DNA of 63,512 nt, counting the filler, from Calcarisporiella thermophila CBS 279.70 (lineage: Eukaryota > Fungi > Calcarisporiellomycota), in NCBI RefSeq assembly GCF_041956535.1. It is 12 parts of 11 records of this genome, joined end to end, with 100 filler letters (N's around TTAATTAATTAA, not from the genome) between each part and the next. Parts side by side here need not be neighbours in the genome. Positions count along the whole stretch, not along the records: positions 1 to 3,188 come from NW_027192196.1; positions 3,289 to 7,084 come from NW_027192220.1; positions 7,185 to 10,014 come from NW_027192271.1; positions 10,115 to 15,779 come from NW_027192226.1; 8 more parts are not named here. The stretch is one strand, 5' to 3'. This document shows, in pieces, positions 1 through 11,156 of the stretch (positions within the stretch are counted from its first letter, which is position 1; each line of letters begins with the position of its first letter). The notes under the pieces were generated by a model. That model worked only from the letters and a program-made list of their open reading frames with translations. It ran no database searches and was not told where the DNA came from. A program made the translations under genes and the position numbers.

Positions 1-1037
1 AATGGTGTGCAAAAGATGTATCAGTGAACATAACGTTGTCCAATTGTGAAAAAAGATAGGGAAATGGGTGCATTACTTAGCTACACTGTTCTTCACGATA
101 ACTTCATAGGCACTTTTTAATGCTATGGCATGGGCAAGTAGAGGAATATATTCTAACCAGACAATGAAAATAAGCAAACGGCCAAAAATTCAAAATTTTG
201 TTGAAGGGTATTTAAGCTACAAGCATGGTAGTGGCCTTACCTGCCTTAGGAACAATTTTCCATTGAAAACTTGTGGAGTACTGTATAACTCTATCTCGAT
301 AATTAGTCTTGAAGGCTTAAGAACAAGGACGAACTTTGGGTCTGAACTAAATCATCTTAACAAGATGTTAGGCAAGTATTCGTTGAAAAACCTCTCGGAA
401 GTATGCAGTCGCAAGTCTTTTCTATATATATTATCAGAGAAGCCTCTACTAAATAATAGGGATTAGCTTGGCGATAAAGGAGAAAAGTAAAAGGATCGAT
501 TTGTTGGAAAATTGCAAAAGTCAAATATACATATTTGGCAATTTCAACCCCCTGTGTTTCGGATATTTTTTTTGTAAACATTCTCGATATATGCATGGAT
601 GGAAAGGCTAGACCTTGTATTTTATATTAATGAAGTATCAAATATTAGTTTAGATAAATAAAATAGATATTAATGTGTTTAGTAAAACACCTCAATTTCA
701 TATACATTCGTGCAGCATACTGTAGCTAGAGGAAGAGGAAAAGTCCTCCAAACTCATCTGACTATTCTTCTGCGAAGAGGATAGTAAGAAACGAGATTTA
801 ATCTGTGAAATAAAACGAGGAATAGATGTGGAGCAAAGAAGCGTAAAAATGGTTTCGAGAATAAATATTCTTGAATATATATTGTATTTTTAAGGAAATT
901 TAATACGGTTGCAGAGAGTTCTGAAACGCTGATTCTTCAAAATCTAAATGCGGTATGTCTGATCAAGCCTGGAAACTCCCAATTCATTGTCTTCGAAAGA
1001 ACCTATTTGAGTACCCGATCAAGGTTCTCCTGTATTT

Positions 1038-1670
1038 CATCTTGAAGCGTGGACTGCTGATAGAGTCGGCAGTCTATTGCATCTAAATGAAAAACCGAGT
1101 GCCGCTATCACTGAATTTAAATTCCGATAGACATTTCCCATAGAAATCACTTTACAACAAACCACTATTAAGGGAGAGGACCTTGGGAACGATGCCTAAA
1201 GGGCATCTGCTTGTGAAGGCTAATTCCATTCGGGCTCTCGCCTGAAAGAAATTCACCGATTGGTCAAAAACATAAATAAGATATATATATTTCCATTGGA
1301 GGCTTTAAAATATATAAAGAATCGAATAGAATTGCGCCTGAAACATCGATCCGTGCTTAACCTATGACCCAAATTTGAAAAGAATGGTTGAAATCAATTC
1401 AACTGATTCAAGTTCATGTGGATAATTATAAACCCCGGTATGCATAGTTCACGTCCATAATATTCTATGTGTTTGGGTATTCTAGGTTTATTATAGCAAT
1501 AGTATTTAAAGTCAACGTCATTTTCTATTATGAAAGAAATGTTCTCGATATCGTACAAGAAAAGAACAGAGAGTTCTCTTATAATAAATTCGGGTAAAAT
1601 TGCTGAGATATTCCCTTTGTTTAGTTTAGTGTATGCGACGGCTTAAGTGTGATGGGCAAAGCAAAGTCAG
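1038..1670. repeat. Degenerate DIRS terminal/ICR remnants
   Basis: 1038-1077 resembles 3893-3932. 1631-1670 resembles 3951-3990. 1182-1224 resembles the reverse complement of 50272-50319. Confidence 0.6.
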
Positions 1671-1945
1671 TTGTCTAATATCTCAGTTTTAGGCGTTATA
1701 TAGGGAATGACAAAATTCTTAAACCGAAATATATTTAATATGAATTTGTATTGCAAAATATCTTTTTCTCGGAACCAAAAATATTTCACGGTGCAATATA
1801 TGGCAACCAGTGATATGTAAAATTTCAGCCTTAAAATTGTATAAATATGCGAGTTAGTAAAATCAAATTCTTTTCAACAATCTACTATACACTATAAATT
1901 ATCTATCAAAGATTTACCTCCTATTTTCACCAACAACCTGAATTG

Positions 1946-3188
1946 ATGCCCATCGATAGTGCGATAGCTATTAATGAATTATTAGATGAAGTGGCTCAGG
2001 CTGCGAAGCAAAATACATTGAGTGAACTTAATTCAACAGCACACAATTGGGTTTGCGGACGGTGTTACAGCGATGAGACATGTGCATACTATAACTTAGC
2101 AGTAGGGTCAACGGGTCGGACGAGAAGAGACCTTGATGTCAATTGGGAACATCCTCGTTTAGCTGAAAACGGGATTGACAACTCAATAGAAAGTGCAAAT
2201 GGTTATGCGTGCCTACTCACGGATCGAGCGGCAGGCTTATTTTCATATTTCAATAGTCATATTACCCATGGATTAGACACTCTATCTGTAGATCGCACTG
2301 CCATAATAGCTGCTATTACGCAGTTTGACGCAAACGAACATGGCATGTCTCTAAAGCTGGATTATACTGATTGGGCGGAAAAGGGTGATTCTAGTATAAC
2401 CGAAATTTGCAATTACGTATTGCGGGATACTCTGCAGTGGGTTTACAGCTGGATGGGTTATATACCATCACAACAATATGGTGTTTGGTATGTTGCTTAT
2501 ACGACTATATGTGACGATTTGGCTATTCCACCAAAAGATTTGATGCAGGGGCACTTCAAAATAGGCGGCCTATCACTAGAGAAATGGGTAAAAGGCGCAT
2601 ATGAGGTCGGGTACACAACTCCTGTGCTTCGGTGCATGCTCGGATTATTACTTAGAGAATATATCTTTCAGTATCTTGAAAAGGCGTGGGTGACAGCAAA
2701 TTTAGATTTCAGAAGGATTTATACAAATGGAGCTAGATCTTTAAATTGCGATACGGCTTTTAGAGTAATGGGTGCTGATGTTCAAGGATGTGCAATTGTC
2801 ATCCTACACTACTCAGGTCAGAATGCGAGCTGGCAGAGTATATGCGCATCCGCCATAGGTTGTTGTCTCTCTATGGACTTTGCAAAGCGGAGACTCGGAG
2901 TTCTGCAGAGGGACCGAACACTAGCTGTGGAAGGGGGACCCGATTTAGAAAAAGTGCCTCATAGTGCCCAGATGTGTGCCGTGATCGCAGAGCTGTGCCA
3001 AGGAAAGGCTCCACGAGTACTTCTCCGTTATGGCACGTCAGGACTTCATTATGTGTATCTACTAGAGCGTTATCACGAGCGTCTGAATATGAGACGTGAA
3101 GGAATTTCGTCGCTGGTCAAAGAGTGGTGGGGCGCTATGATGGAGCAACATCAGTTTCCAGTAAATAACCAAATTAGAAGGCCTAATT
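1946..3188 (+). CDS. AsR6-like non-canonical class I sesquiterpene (humulene-type) synthase; 3' end cut by contig end
   Basis: Intronless ORF of >=414 aa. Ordered motifs LRDTLQW, ICDD, QYLEKA, FRVMGADVQGC, CLSMDFAK..LGVLQRDRT and LRYGTSGLHYVYLLERYHER parallel the AsR6 motifs as I recall them (MRDSLSW, IPDD, QWLEKA, YRVLTANTLGC, CVTLDMAK..MGILQGERT, RRYGSAGLHYVPMMDRYLER). Confidence 0.8.
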
Positions 3189-3288
3189 NNNNNNNNNNNN
3201 NNNNNNNNNNNNNNNNNNNNNNNNNNNNNNNNTTAATTAATTAANNNNNNNNNNNNNNNNNNNNNNNNNNNNNNNNNNNNNNNNNNNN
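3189..3288. other. Artificial contig linker, first of 11 (others at 7086-7184, 10015-10114, 15780-15879, 24849-24948, 27371-27470, 39446-39545, 48115-48214, 49990-50089, 53571-53670, 56269-56368)
   Basis: Repeated ~100-bp block of N-run + TTAATTAATTAA (stop codons in all six frames) + N-run. Confidence 0.98.
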
Positions 3289-4320
3289 TCAACCTTGCCG
3301 AAAGACCGGTAGACATCGCCCCGATCATTGAACATTTTAAAAAGACGACAAACTCGGCACTCAATTTGCGCGCGCTCACCTACAAACTAACATGGTTATT
3401 CGCGATAGTCACATTTTCAAGAGTCTCAGACATGGATCGTATAGACTGTCGATCAATAGTCATTGACGACACGGCCCTGAGAGGAGTAATCAACTGCCCA
3501 TAGGAGACAAGAAATAATCAACGGGTAGTCAAAGAATTTCACCTCCATTGTCACCCTGACCCCTGTTTGTGCCCAGTGGAGTGCTTCATCGAGTATCGTA
3601 GGCGGTGGCAAGCTAAAGGAAAGCTCGTGGAAGGGGCAAAGATCTTTTTGATTCCCTATACCGGACTTTCAGCCAAGCCTTCAACCTTATCTCGATGGAT
3701 CAAGTCAATCTTCGGGATTGCTGGATCCAATTTACGCGCTCACGACGCACGCAAGATGGGTGCAACTCTCGCATTAAGAGGATTCTAACCACCTTCGACC
3801 TCTTCTACAGAAGAGATCGAGCGTTCAACGCAGACATCACCAGTGTGATACTCTCGACCAACCGCGAGAACACACAGTAGGGCCCTCTGCATCATCCTGA
3901 AGCGTGGACTGCTGACAAAGTCCGCAGTCTATTTCTTACTTAAGCCTAGCGTATGCGACGGCTTAAGGGGAATGGACAAGGCAAAGTCAGCAGTCCACGC
4001 TTCACTTCCCTCCCCTCAAAATTTTCATTTTTTTTTTCTATTATTTTTGAAATTATTTTTTTTTGGTGTGTTTTGTTTGATTTATTTCCCTCCCCCCTTC
4101 TTGGAATGGCCGAGGAAACATCTCCTTGGTCGGTTCATATTTATAGCAAAATCACGTTCAGATTATCGTACGATTTTTTTTTTGTTTACTTTTTCTTTAT
4201 TCTTTGTACCAGCTCATTTTATCCAATAAATCGGCCTCATCATCCTGAAGCGTGGACTGCTGACTTTGCCTTGCCCATTTCCCTTAAGCCGTCGCATACG
4301 CTAGGCTTAAGTAAGGAATA
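3289..4320 (+). mobile_element. 3' end of a DIRS-type tyrosine-recombinase retrotransposon (YR pseudo-ORF, ICR, right ITR)
   Basis: The frame upstream of ORF 3567 gives KLTWLFAIVTFSRVSD ... LCPV ... STLSRWIK ... AHDARKMGAT (YR R and HxxR motifs) with one internal stop near 3500. ICR at 3890-4004; right ITR plus extension at 4108-4320. Confidence 0.85.
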
Positions 4321-4454
4321 ATATTCCGATCCATTCTTCTAGGGTAGTTATTGATTAATTAATTAGTATAGGAAATATGATATATCATTGCAACAGTTTT
4401 TCAGCAACCTGTAAGTAAAAGGACCAAAAAGGACCGCTACAAACGAAAATATCA

Positions 4455-6511
4455 CTACGCATTCACTTCGTGAGGTACTCCTTGCACCACATGTGGCCAT
4501 GTCTGTCTTAATTCTTCAAATAACTCAGGCTTGGTTCGAGCCAATGCCTCTGGATCTTCTGCAAGTGCCACGAAAGTGGTAGTGTTACCCGATAGGATCA
4601 CAGTTCCAAAGATATACCTATTGTAGAAAACAGTAGTCATATTAGAAGATCGATTGTAAAAGTGCAGTATCTGCAGATAAGTGTGGAATAACAAAAGAGA
4701 TGTTCACTCTCAAAATCACTTACATCATCTGCATACCAAGCACGAAACTTATAGACAAAATGAAGAACGTGTATGGGCCATTGGCCAATCCTCCGTTGAA
4801 TGGAGGTCGAACAATCATTAAGTAAATATATCCCAATATTCCTGTGATGACTCCAACAAGATATGCACTAATACCCACCAAGTTTTCAATTATGTTCTCG
4901 TTGATGATCTGCTCGATCCCGCGATCCTCGATAATGGTCCATGTATCTTCCGCCGCTTGAAGGAATGATTTCCCGTAAATGGCACATTGAGTATAGGCAT
5001 AAAAATTGTATCTTTTAAGAATTTCCTCGGCAAGAGTACGTAGATATTCGACGAATGTGAGAGTGCCACCGAACTCTTTGCGTAAAATGTGTTCAATTAA
5101 GCTTATGAGTCTGCTTAGAATCTTCATAATGACAATAAGCAATCCCCCAAAGCAGGCGCTTCCAAAACTAGTGGCCAGCGCTCGCTTCAAAGATCCAATG
5201 ATAGGTTTGGATGGGGCGGTTGGGGTTCCGTACAAAAAATAATAAGAGGCAAACGCACCACTAATAGTAACATGGATCACCCCTTGAATCACTGTTGAAA
5301 AAACAATCTTGTCACTTTGCTATATCATGAAGCTTTATCCCAAAATGCTTATTACCTTGAGTTACCCAATATAAACTAAAAATAGAATATACCATGGCCA
5401 CTACTAGCCGCTCATCACTTGTCGTATGAGGAATGCCATTGGATTGTATAGTAACTGTGGATAGCCAATGATGGAGCCCAATTGTCGTTAAAATCCACCA
5501 AAAGTTATATGCTACAATTATCAATAACCCAGAAATGGCAACAATGACGGTTCCATAATAGCTAGATGTAAAGAGATAGCCAAAAGTTAGAGAAGTTTGC
5601 GGATTACAGGATAGTGATGTGATATTCACTTGCGCATAATAGTAATAACAGCCTTTAGCATAACTACAGAAAAAGAAATGCGCTTTCTTCCCAATAAGCA
5701 CAACAAGATAATATAGATTGTAAATAGTGCCGAAGGAATCGCTATTGCAAAATGCCTACAAAGAGGTATTCAAATACAGATCGGATTTACCCTTTCCTTA
5801 AACGAATATTAATTGCGAATATTTACCGCACAATGAAGTAGAATATTGTTACTCCAATGGACACAAGAATGGAAAAGAGTAAATTAAATTCGATGAAGAA
5901 ACGTGGAAATCTAAAGCAATGTGGAAGAAAATGGAGTCTAAGTCCTTATCGTTGATAGGAAATACTGAAGTTAATACACAGACGCATTACTTTTGGGCGA
6001 GCAGCATATAGAAGAAGCTTATCATGAATCCGGTCACGGTGAGGATGAAGAGTACTATAATTAATCCAGCATCCATTATGTTGTAAGATGCGCCAGAATC
6101 CGCCGATCGATCTGAAGAAATTGCATTTTCCACCGCTAATCGACCTATGAAGATACCATTTCTCAACAATCCATGTGAGAAAACGCCATTTTCCACAGCT
6201 GCTGCAATTCCGAAATAGCTCAATACAGCGAAAATAAATAAGTGCACAACAAAGAGAATGGCAAAGAATACGTCATTGCATTTGGACTGGATATTGTAAT
6301 TATTAGGTTTTGATGGTAGTGTTGGAGGTGATTGGTAAGCTTGTTTGGGTGATTCATAGACATCTTGACCTGGTTTGTATGTAGGGGGAGGGAGTGTGTA
6401 GGGTAAGTATTGTTGGGATTGGGGCAGCGATGGATTGGACTCAGGCGGACATGGTTGATGTAGTGGGGGTGTCGGGTAATAAGTTTGTTGTTGTCCCTCC
6501 TTATGGTTCAT
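4455..6511 (-). CDS. PNS1: Choline transporter-like (CTL/SLC44) plasma membrane protein, multi-exon
   Basis: Pro/Gln-rich N-terminus, NDVFFAILF, HVTISGAFASYY, TSFGSACFGGL, YAYTQCAIYGKSF, FVALAEDPEAL; GT-AG introns. Confidence 0.9.
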
Positions 6512-7194
6512 TTCTGGAAGTTTTGCTTTGAAGCCGAACGAAACAAGAAGAAAAGAGGATGAGAGGGAAAATAAAAAAGATAAATATATATAAAAAGGAA
6601 TTAAATCTTTTTATCTCACGCTCCTGATATTTCTGTGAACAATTTGCCTTAGATAATTTGCCTTAAATAACAGCAAATCACATCTGGATAGAGTTTTCTT
6701 AGCAGTTTTTCGCTATGCTACTGTCTGTTACAGACGTTAATTTCAGATCTTCTTAATCTGTCTACGTACTTGCGTCATCTTTTATTGGATATATACATAC
6801 GTACATTTGAGATTGTAATAAATAATACAGAGTTAAATCTTTCTCTCCTACTAAAACCCCCGTCACAATGTCAATCTTGAGGATTATACCACTACAACTA
6901 TAGGGGTGACTTTCTACCCTATGGCGCAAGGGATAATCAAAGTGCGCCTATGTAACACATTTGTGATAATACGCCAAAGCTTTTTTAAATAGCATAGCCA
7001 GTGAAAGCGATATTAGCAGTTGGTTGGATGGGAAAGGTGAAATTTGTCTTATTTTCCCAAACTGGAATTAAATGCTCTATATATNNNNNNNNNNNNNNNN
7101 NNNNNNNNNNNNNNNNNNNNNNNNNNNNTTAATTAATTAANNNNNNNNNNNNNNNNNNNNNNNNNNNNNNNNNNNNNNNNNNNNAGATGTCTGA

Positions 7195-7266
7195 GGTTCT
7201 ATGGTGTAATCGGTAGCACCCAGGACTTTGAATCCTGTAACCTGAGTTCGATTCTCAGTGGAACCA
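7195..7266 (+). tRNA. tRNA-Gln(TTG)
   Basis: GGTTCTA/TGGAACC acceptor stem, CAGGA-CTTTGAA-TCCTG anticodon arm, GTTCGATTC T-loop. Confidence 0.93.
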
Positions 7267-7639
7267 CAATTGATTCTTCGCGATATTGTTACATATCTTT
7301 TATTCCTTTTTGGACTCGCTTAATATACATCAGAATCTACATTACATGGACGTAAAGCAGTACACATTCGAGGAATTCTCAACCTAATTTGCTAGAGTGT
7401 TTGAATCTAAGGAGAAAGAGATTGATTTTTTTCATAAAATAAATAAAAGGTTCAGAGAACAAATAGCTGAAAGTTATCGCCAATTACTGTTAGAAGTAGT
7501 AGAAAAAGAAAGAGTAATAGCGGAGAATCCAGTTGAAAGAAAAGGCTACTACATCACCTCATTATATGCTCCGCTCTATCAGCTCCTAATATTACCAGTA
7601 CCTATTGCACCACCATCGGAATAGCTCGGTCTCTCGCAT

Positions 7640-8818
7640 TTTTTGTACCCTTACCAACTCGACTTCTACAGCTTCTTCAATATCAAATTTGGCGATTGAT
7701 TAGTGTCTCGACTGATGCTCAAGTGTTTTCATAGCGGTCAAAGACTTGGTTGCGGTGTATCTGCCAAATTACCGATTCGAAAAATATTTGATCTACTGTC
7801 TTACCGCTTTCGGAGCATCGGGTATGTAGCCAAGTGCTTAGATGTCCTGGAAACCTGTGATGTTGTTGATAAATCGATGCGTTTATCGCCACAGTGGTGT
7901 AAGTTCGGGTTTTACACCAGAGTGGGCTTTTTTGAGTAGAAGTCCAGGCCATTTCCCACTCCTTTGAGGTGTATGCAATTTCTGGCCATAATCGAGGCAT
8001 TAGCATCTCAGGTTCTGGAGTGCCATTACGCTAGAAATGCATTCCATGTCGGGTGGAATATTCCAGGAGAGGTGTACCGGCCAGATGACAAAGATGAAGT
8101 GAGAAGCGAGGAGGTGGGTGTTGTCAGGATATGTCAGAACACTTGGTGACCTTTACTATTAAATTTGGAGGCAGGTTAGAATGTCTGTTTTCCCAACGTG
8201 AAGAAGATGGTCGTATCCACGACGACATTCACCTTAGTTTTTCAGTAGGAAACTCGAATGGTTTATGTTTCATTTCTTATTGTATCGATCTGTTTTATTC
8301 AAAGATCGCTTGTTACTGAAAGGATTTTTCTTGCATACTACTTGTCCACCATCAGGAAGGAAAGCTAAAATCTCATTTAGCAGCTATGGCGTTGTTGGCG
8401 CTGTTGATTTCGCTTTTCGATTTGTCAGCGTCAATTTTTCTTTTGTGATTAATGAATATTTATAAAGGGTTAAAACTTTAGAAATGCTCATTGAAAGTAC
8501 ATCTATAGCTGTCCAGGTACGTGACGCAACCGCGCAGCCTTCGAGTGTGCGCCACGCTTAGAAAAGGTTGTTCTAAAACCCACCTATGAGTTTGGCATAT
8601 GCGAAGGTGGTTGTGAAGACATGCAAGATCCCATATCCAAATGGGGCGTATATAATCATGAAGTTGTGTATCAAAATTCTTGTCCACAAAGTCGCTTTTG
8701 AGTCCGGGATGGGCATTTTTAGTAAGCTTGCAATTTTTGGAAACCTTGAGGCTAGCAGGGTTGTTGCCTGATGCGCATTGTGGATTCTTTGGATCCAGGA
8801 GGCAAGGATGGCTCTACA
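7640..8818 (-). mobile_element. Decayed LINE (L1/Tx1-like) ORF2 C-terminal fragments
   Basis: ESVIWQIHRN resembles DSIIWQIHRD of the 8819 copy. YAPFGYGILHVFTTTFAYAKL resembles YAPFGYEMSIFATTFTCAKL at 48.7 kb. Frameshifts and stops present. Confidence 0.65.
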
Positions 8819-9603
8819 TTTTTTTTTGGTCAATCAACGGAGACTTTTATTAGTTGCCGTAGCTTACAAGAGTTTAATGATTACAATAAAAGAAGAAAGG
8901 GGGGAATAAAGGGGTGGGGATAGAGTTAGGTGGCAAGGTGGAACTTAGATTTTGACAATTTATGTTAGCCCAGAAAAGAGAAAAAAGCAAAGAAACGCAA
9001 GGGGGTAAGAACATAGAGAAGGTGATGAACGTGAAGGGAATAAAGGGTAGATTAGATGTATATAGTGATCAGGTATTTGGTGAAAGATATGAAGTAAAGA
9101 GGAGGGGAGGAGGTAAAGAGTGGATAGGGAGAGAGGAAGGGTTGCTTCGTCACTCCAGTTTTAGTCTTGCTCTATCCGAACTTTCTATTACCGCTCCCCG
9201 ACTGCACCACCTTCTTCGGAATAACTCTATCTCTCGTCTTTTTCGTGCCTTTATCAGTTCACCTCCGATAGCCTCCTCGATGTCCATTTTGGCACAGACG
9301 ATGATTGTCTCGGGTGGTGCTCGAGTGCACTCGAAATGGTAGGCGATTCGGTCCCGATGGATTTGCCATATTATCGAATCGAAGACGATTTGAGCCGCGT
9401 GTCTTACTATCCTCGGGGCTTCTGGTAGGTCGCCAAGTACGAGATTCCTGGGGTTCAGCACCTGAGTGTTTAGGGGGCCTGAGATGGTGTTGATACGCCC
9501 CTCCGCCCAATGCCATACTGACGTGAGTTCGGGACATTCGAAGAAGGTGTGGCGGATGGTGTCCCTCGGAGCGTTACAACGGGTACATTTCGGGTCATGA
9601 CCG
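8819..9603 (-). mobile_element. 5'-truncated LINE copy with poly(A) tail and TSD, nested in an older copy
   Basis: Poly-T from 8819 with AATAAA upstream on the minus strand. zf-RVT-like CTRCNAPRDTIRHTFFEC near 9535-9590. TSD AGGATGGCT(C/G)TACA at 8805-8818 and 9604-9617. Confidence 0.8.
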
Positions 9604-9640
9604 AGGATGGCTGTACATTAGAATTTACTAAATATGATCA

Positions 9641-10014
9641 TGTGACTGCTAAAATAACATTTCTGTACAAAAACTAATTTCTTAAAAACGAATTTGTTAC
9701 AGGCAAAGGGAGATTTCGTGGAGAGCTGTGCGTTAGGTATTATTCCTTAATAATAAAAATAAGAGATTGGTGAGGAACAGTAAAACAAAATAGAGGGGTT
9801 TAAATCGAATTAAGAGATAAAGAAAATAGCTCAACTGGTGTTCAAGGATAAACAAAGATAAACCAACAAAATAGCAATCAACCTCAACAAAGTAACCACG
9901 AGGGAGCATAAGAGTAACCACGAGGGCGGCGAGTAACCACGAGGGGTCGGCAACGTAGCGGTAAACAATTCTATTGGCTGCTCCACTTTAAAGATATCGC
10001 GCTTCCTGAATTTT
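9641..10014. repeat. ~370-bp dispersed repeat (second copy at ~49303-49650), possibly a LINE 5' region
   Basis: Both copies share GAGTAACCACGAGGGGTCGGCAACGTAGCGGTAA...TTCTATTGGCTGCTC...AAGATATCGCGCTT(C/T)CTGAAT. Confidence 0.7.
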
Positions 10015-10114
10015 NNNNNNNNNNNNNNNNNNNNNNNNNNNNNNNNNNNNNNNNNNNNTTAATTAATTAANNNNNNNNNNNNNNNNNNNNNNNNNNNNNN
10101 NNNNNNNNNNNNNN

Positions 10115-10666
10115 CGCCTTACCTCATCCGGTGATGCCGAATTTAGACGAGAGCGGATGCTGGGCGGGATGAGGGTGCTGTACTGAACCACGTGTTTAAG
10201 TGTTCTGAAAGCAACAGGGTTAGCGTTCTGTGTGCCAATACGCGACGGGATGGAGTTCATGTTACCTGTCGCTGATACGAGTAAGGCTTTCTTTCTCTGA
10301 CGACCAGAAATGAGAGCAGGGCGAAGAAAACAAGATACGAGCCTGTTAAAGGATGACAATCGTTCCAGAGATACAATAAACTTACCATAGAAGCCAAAAT
10401 CACCGCAATGGATAATGTACTTGGCATTCGTCTCCTCTGCTATCTGGTTCAATAAGGTAATGTTTCCTAAGAATAAAGACGTAATGATGATTACATGTCA
10501 GGAACCAAGATAAATAGAGGAACTACTTACCGCGAACGTCAGCGACGCACAAGATGCGCCCTGCATCTGAGTCCAGAGTATTCCGAATTGGATTCGTGAA
10601 AGCGGTATAGGAGGGCCTGTGAGCAGATGATATCCCGCTCAGTTTGCTGCCCGTGTCCTCGGCCAT
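10115..10666 (-). CDS. Calcineurin-like metallophosphoesterase-family protein (DUF2433-type), 5' part only
   Basis: Spliced exons give RILCVADVRG-NITLLN...YIIHCGDFGFY...RTLKHVVQYSTLI. Runs off the contig end. Confidence 0.7.
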
Positions 10667-11156
10667 GACTGCAAATTTCTAGGGAGCAAAGATGAGAGAG
10701 GGATGAGTAACATCGAAAAGGGGGAGGAGCTGGAACAAAATGAACGTTGCCGTTTGGCTTTACCATGATATGACTAGCCGTTCACTTATAATGGTACTTC
10801 TCCAAGGATCTATTAATGATGGAGAGAATACCTCGAAAATTGTTAAAAAACCAATCGTGGCGTAGCGGACCTATCATTCAACGCATTTTAGATTAACGGA
10901 ATGGATTTAAAATTAAAAATTTACATTTTGATTTTCGAGTCGGCAAGAAAATTAAAAACCATAAAATAGATAGACAAACGGAAATAAACTCTCAAAACAA
11001 AGCAATTAAAAGCATTTAGTGAAAATGTTTATTTTACTTTGCCTCGTCAGCGCCTTCAACTTACAGTTTTTCGGGTTAAAAGAACACAGTTTATTGCGGA
11101 AAAAGGGAAAAGAGAATCTATACAAGAATGCATCGAAGGCAATGCAATTGATTGGT

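Noticed and set aside
125-596. Short ORFs at the window start, and ORF 7397-7624
   Set aside because: No recognisable motifs; AT-rich, probably decayed TE or intergenic DNA.
1946-3188. BcABA3-type cyclase assignment
   Set aside because: Some motif resemblance exists, but the recalled AsR6 motifs match much more closely and over more blocks.
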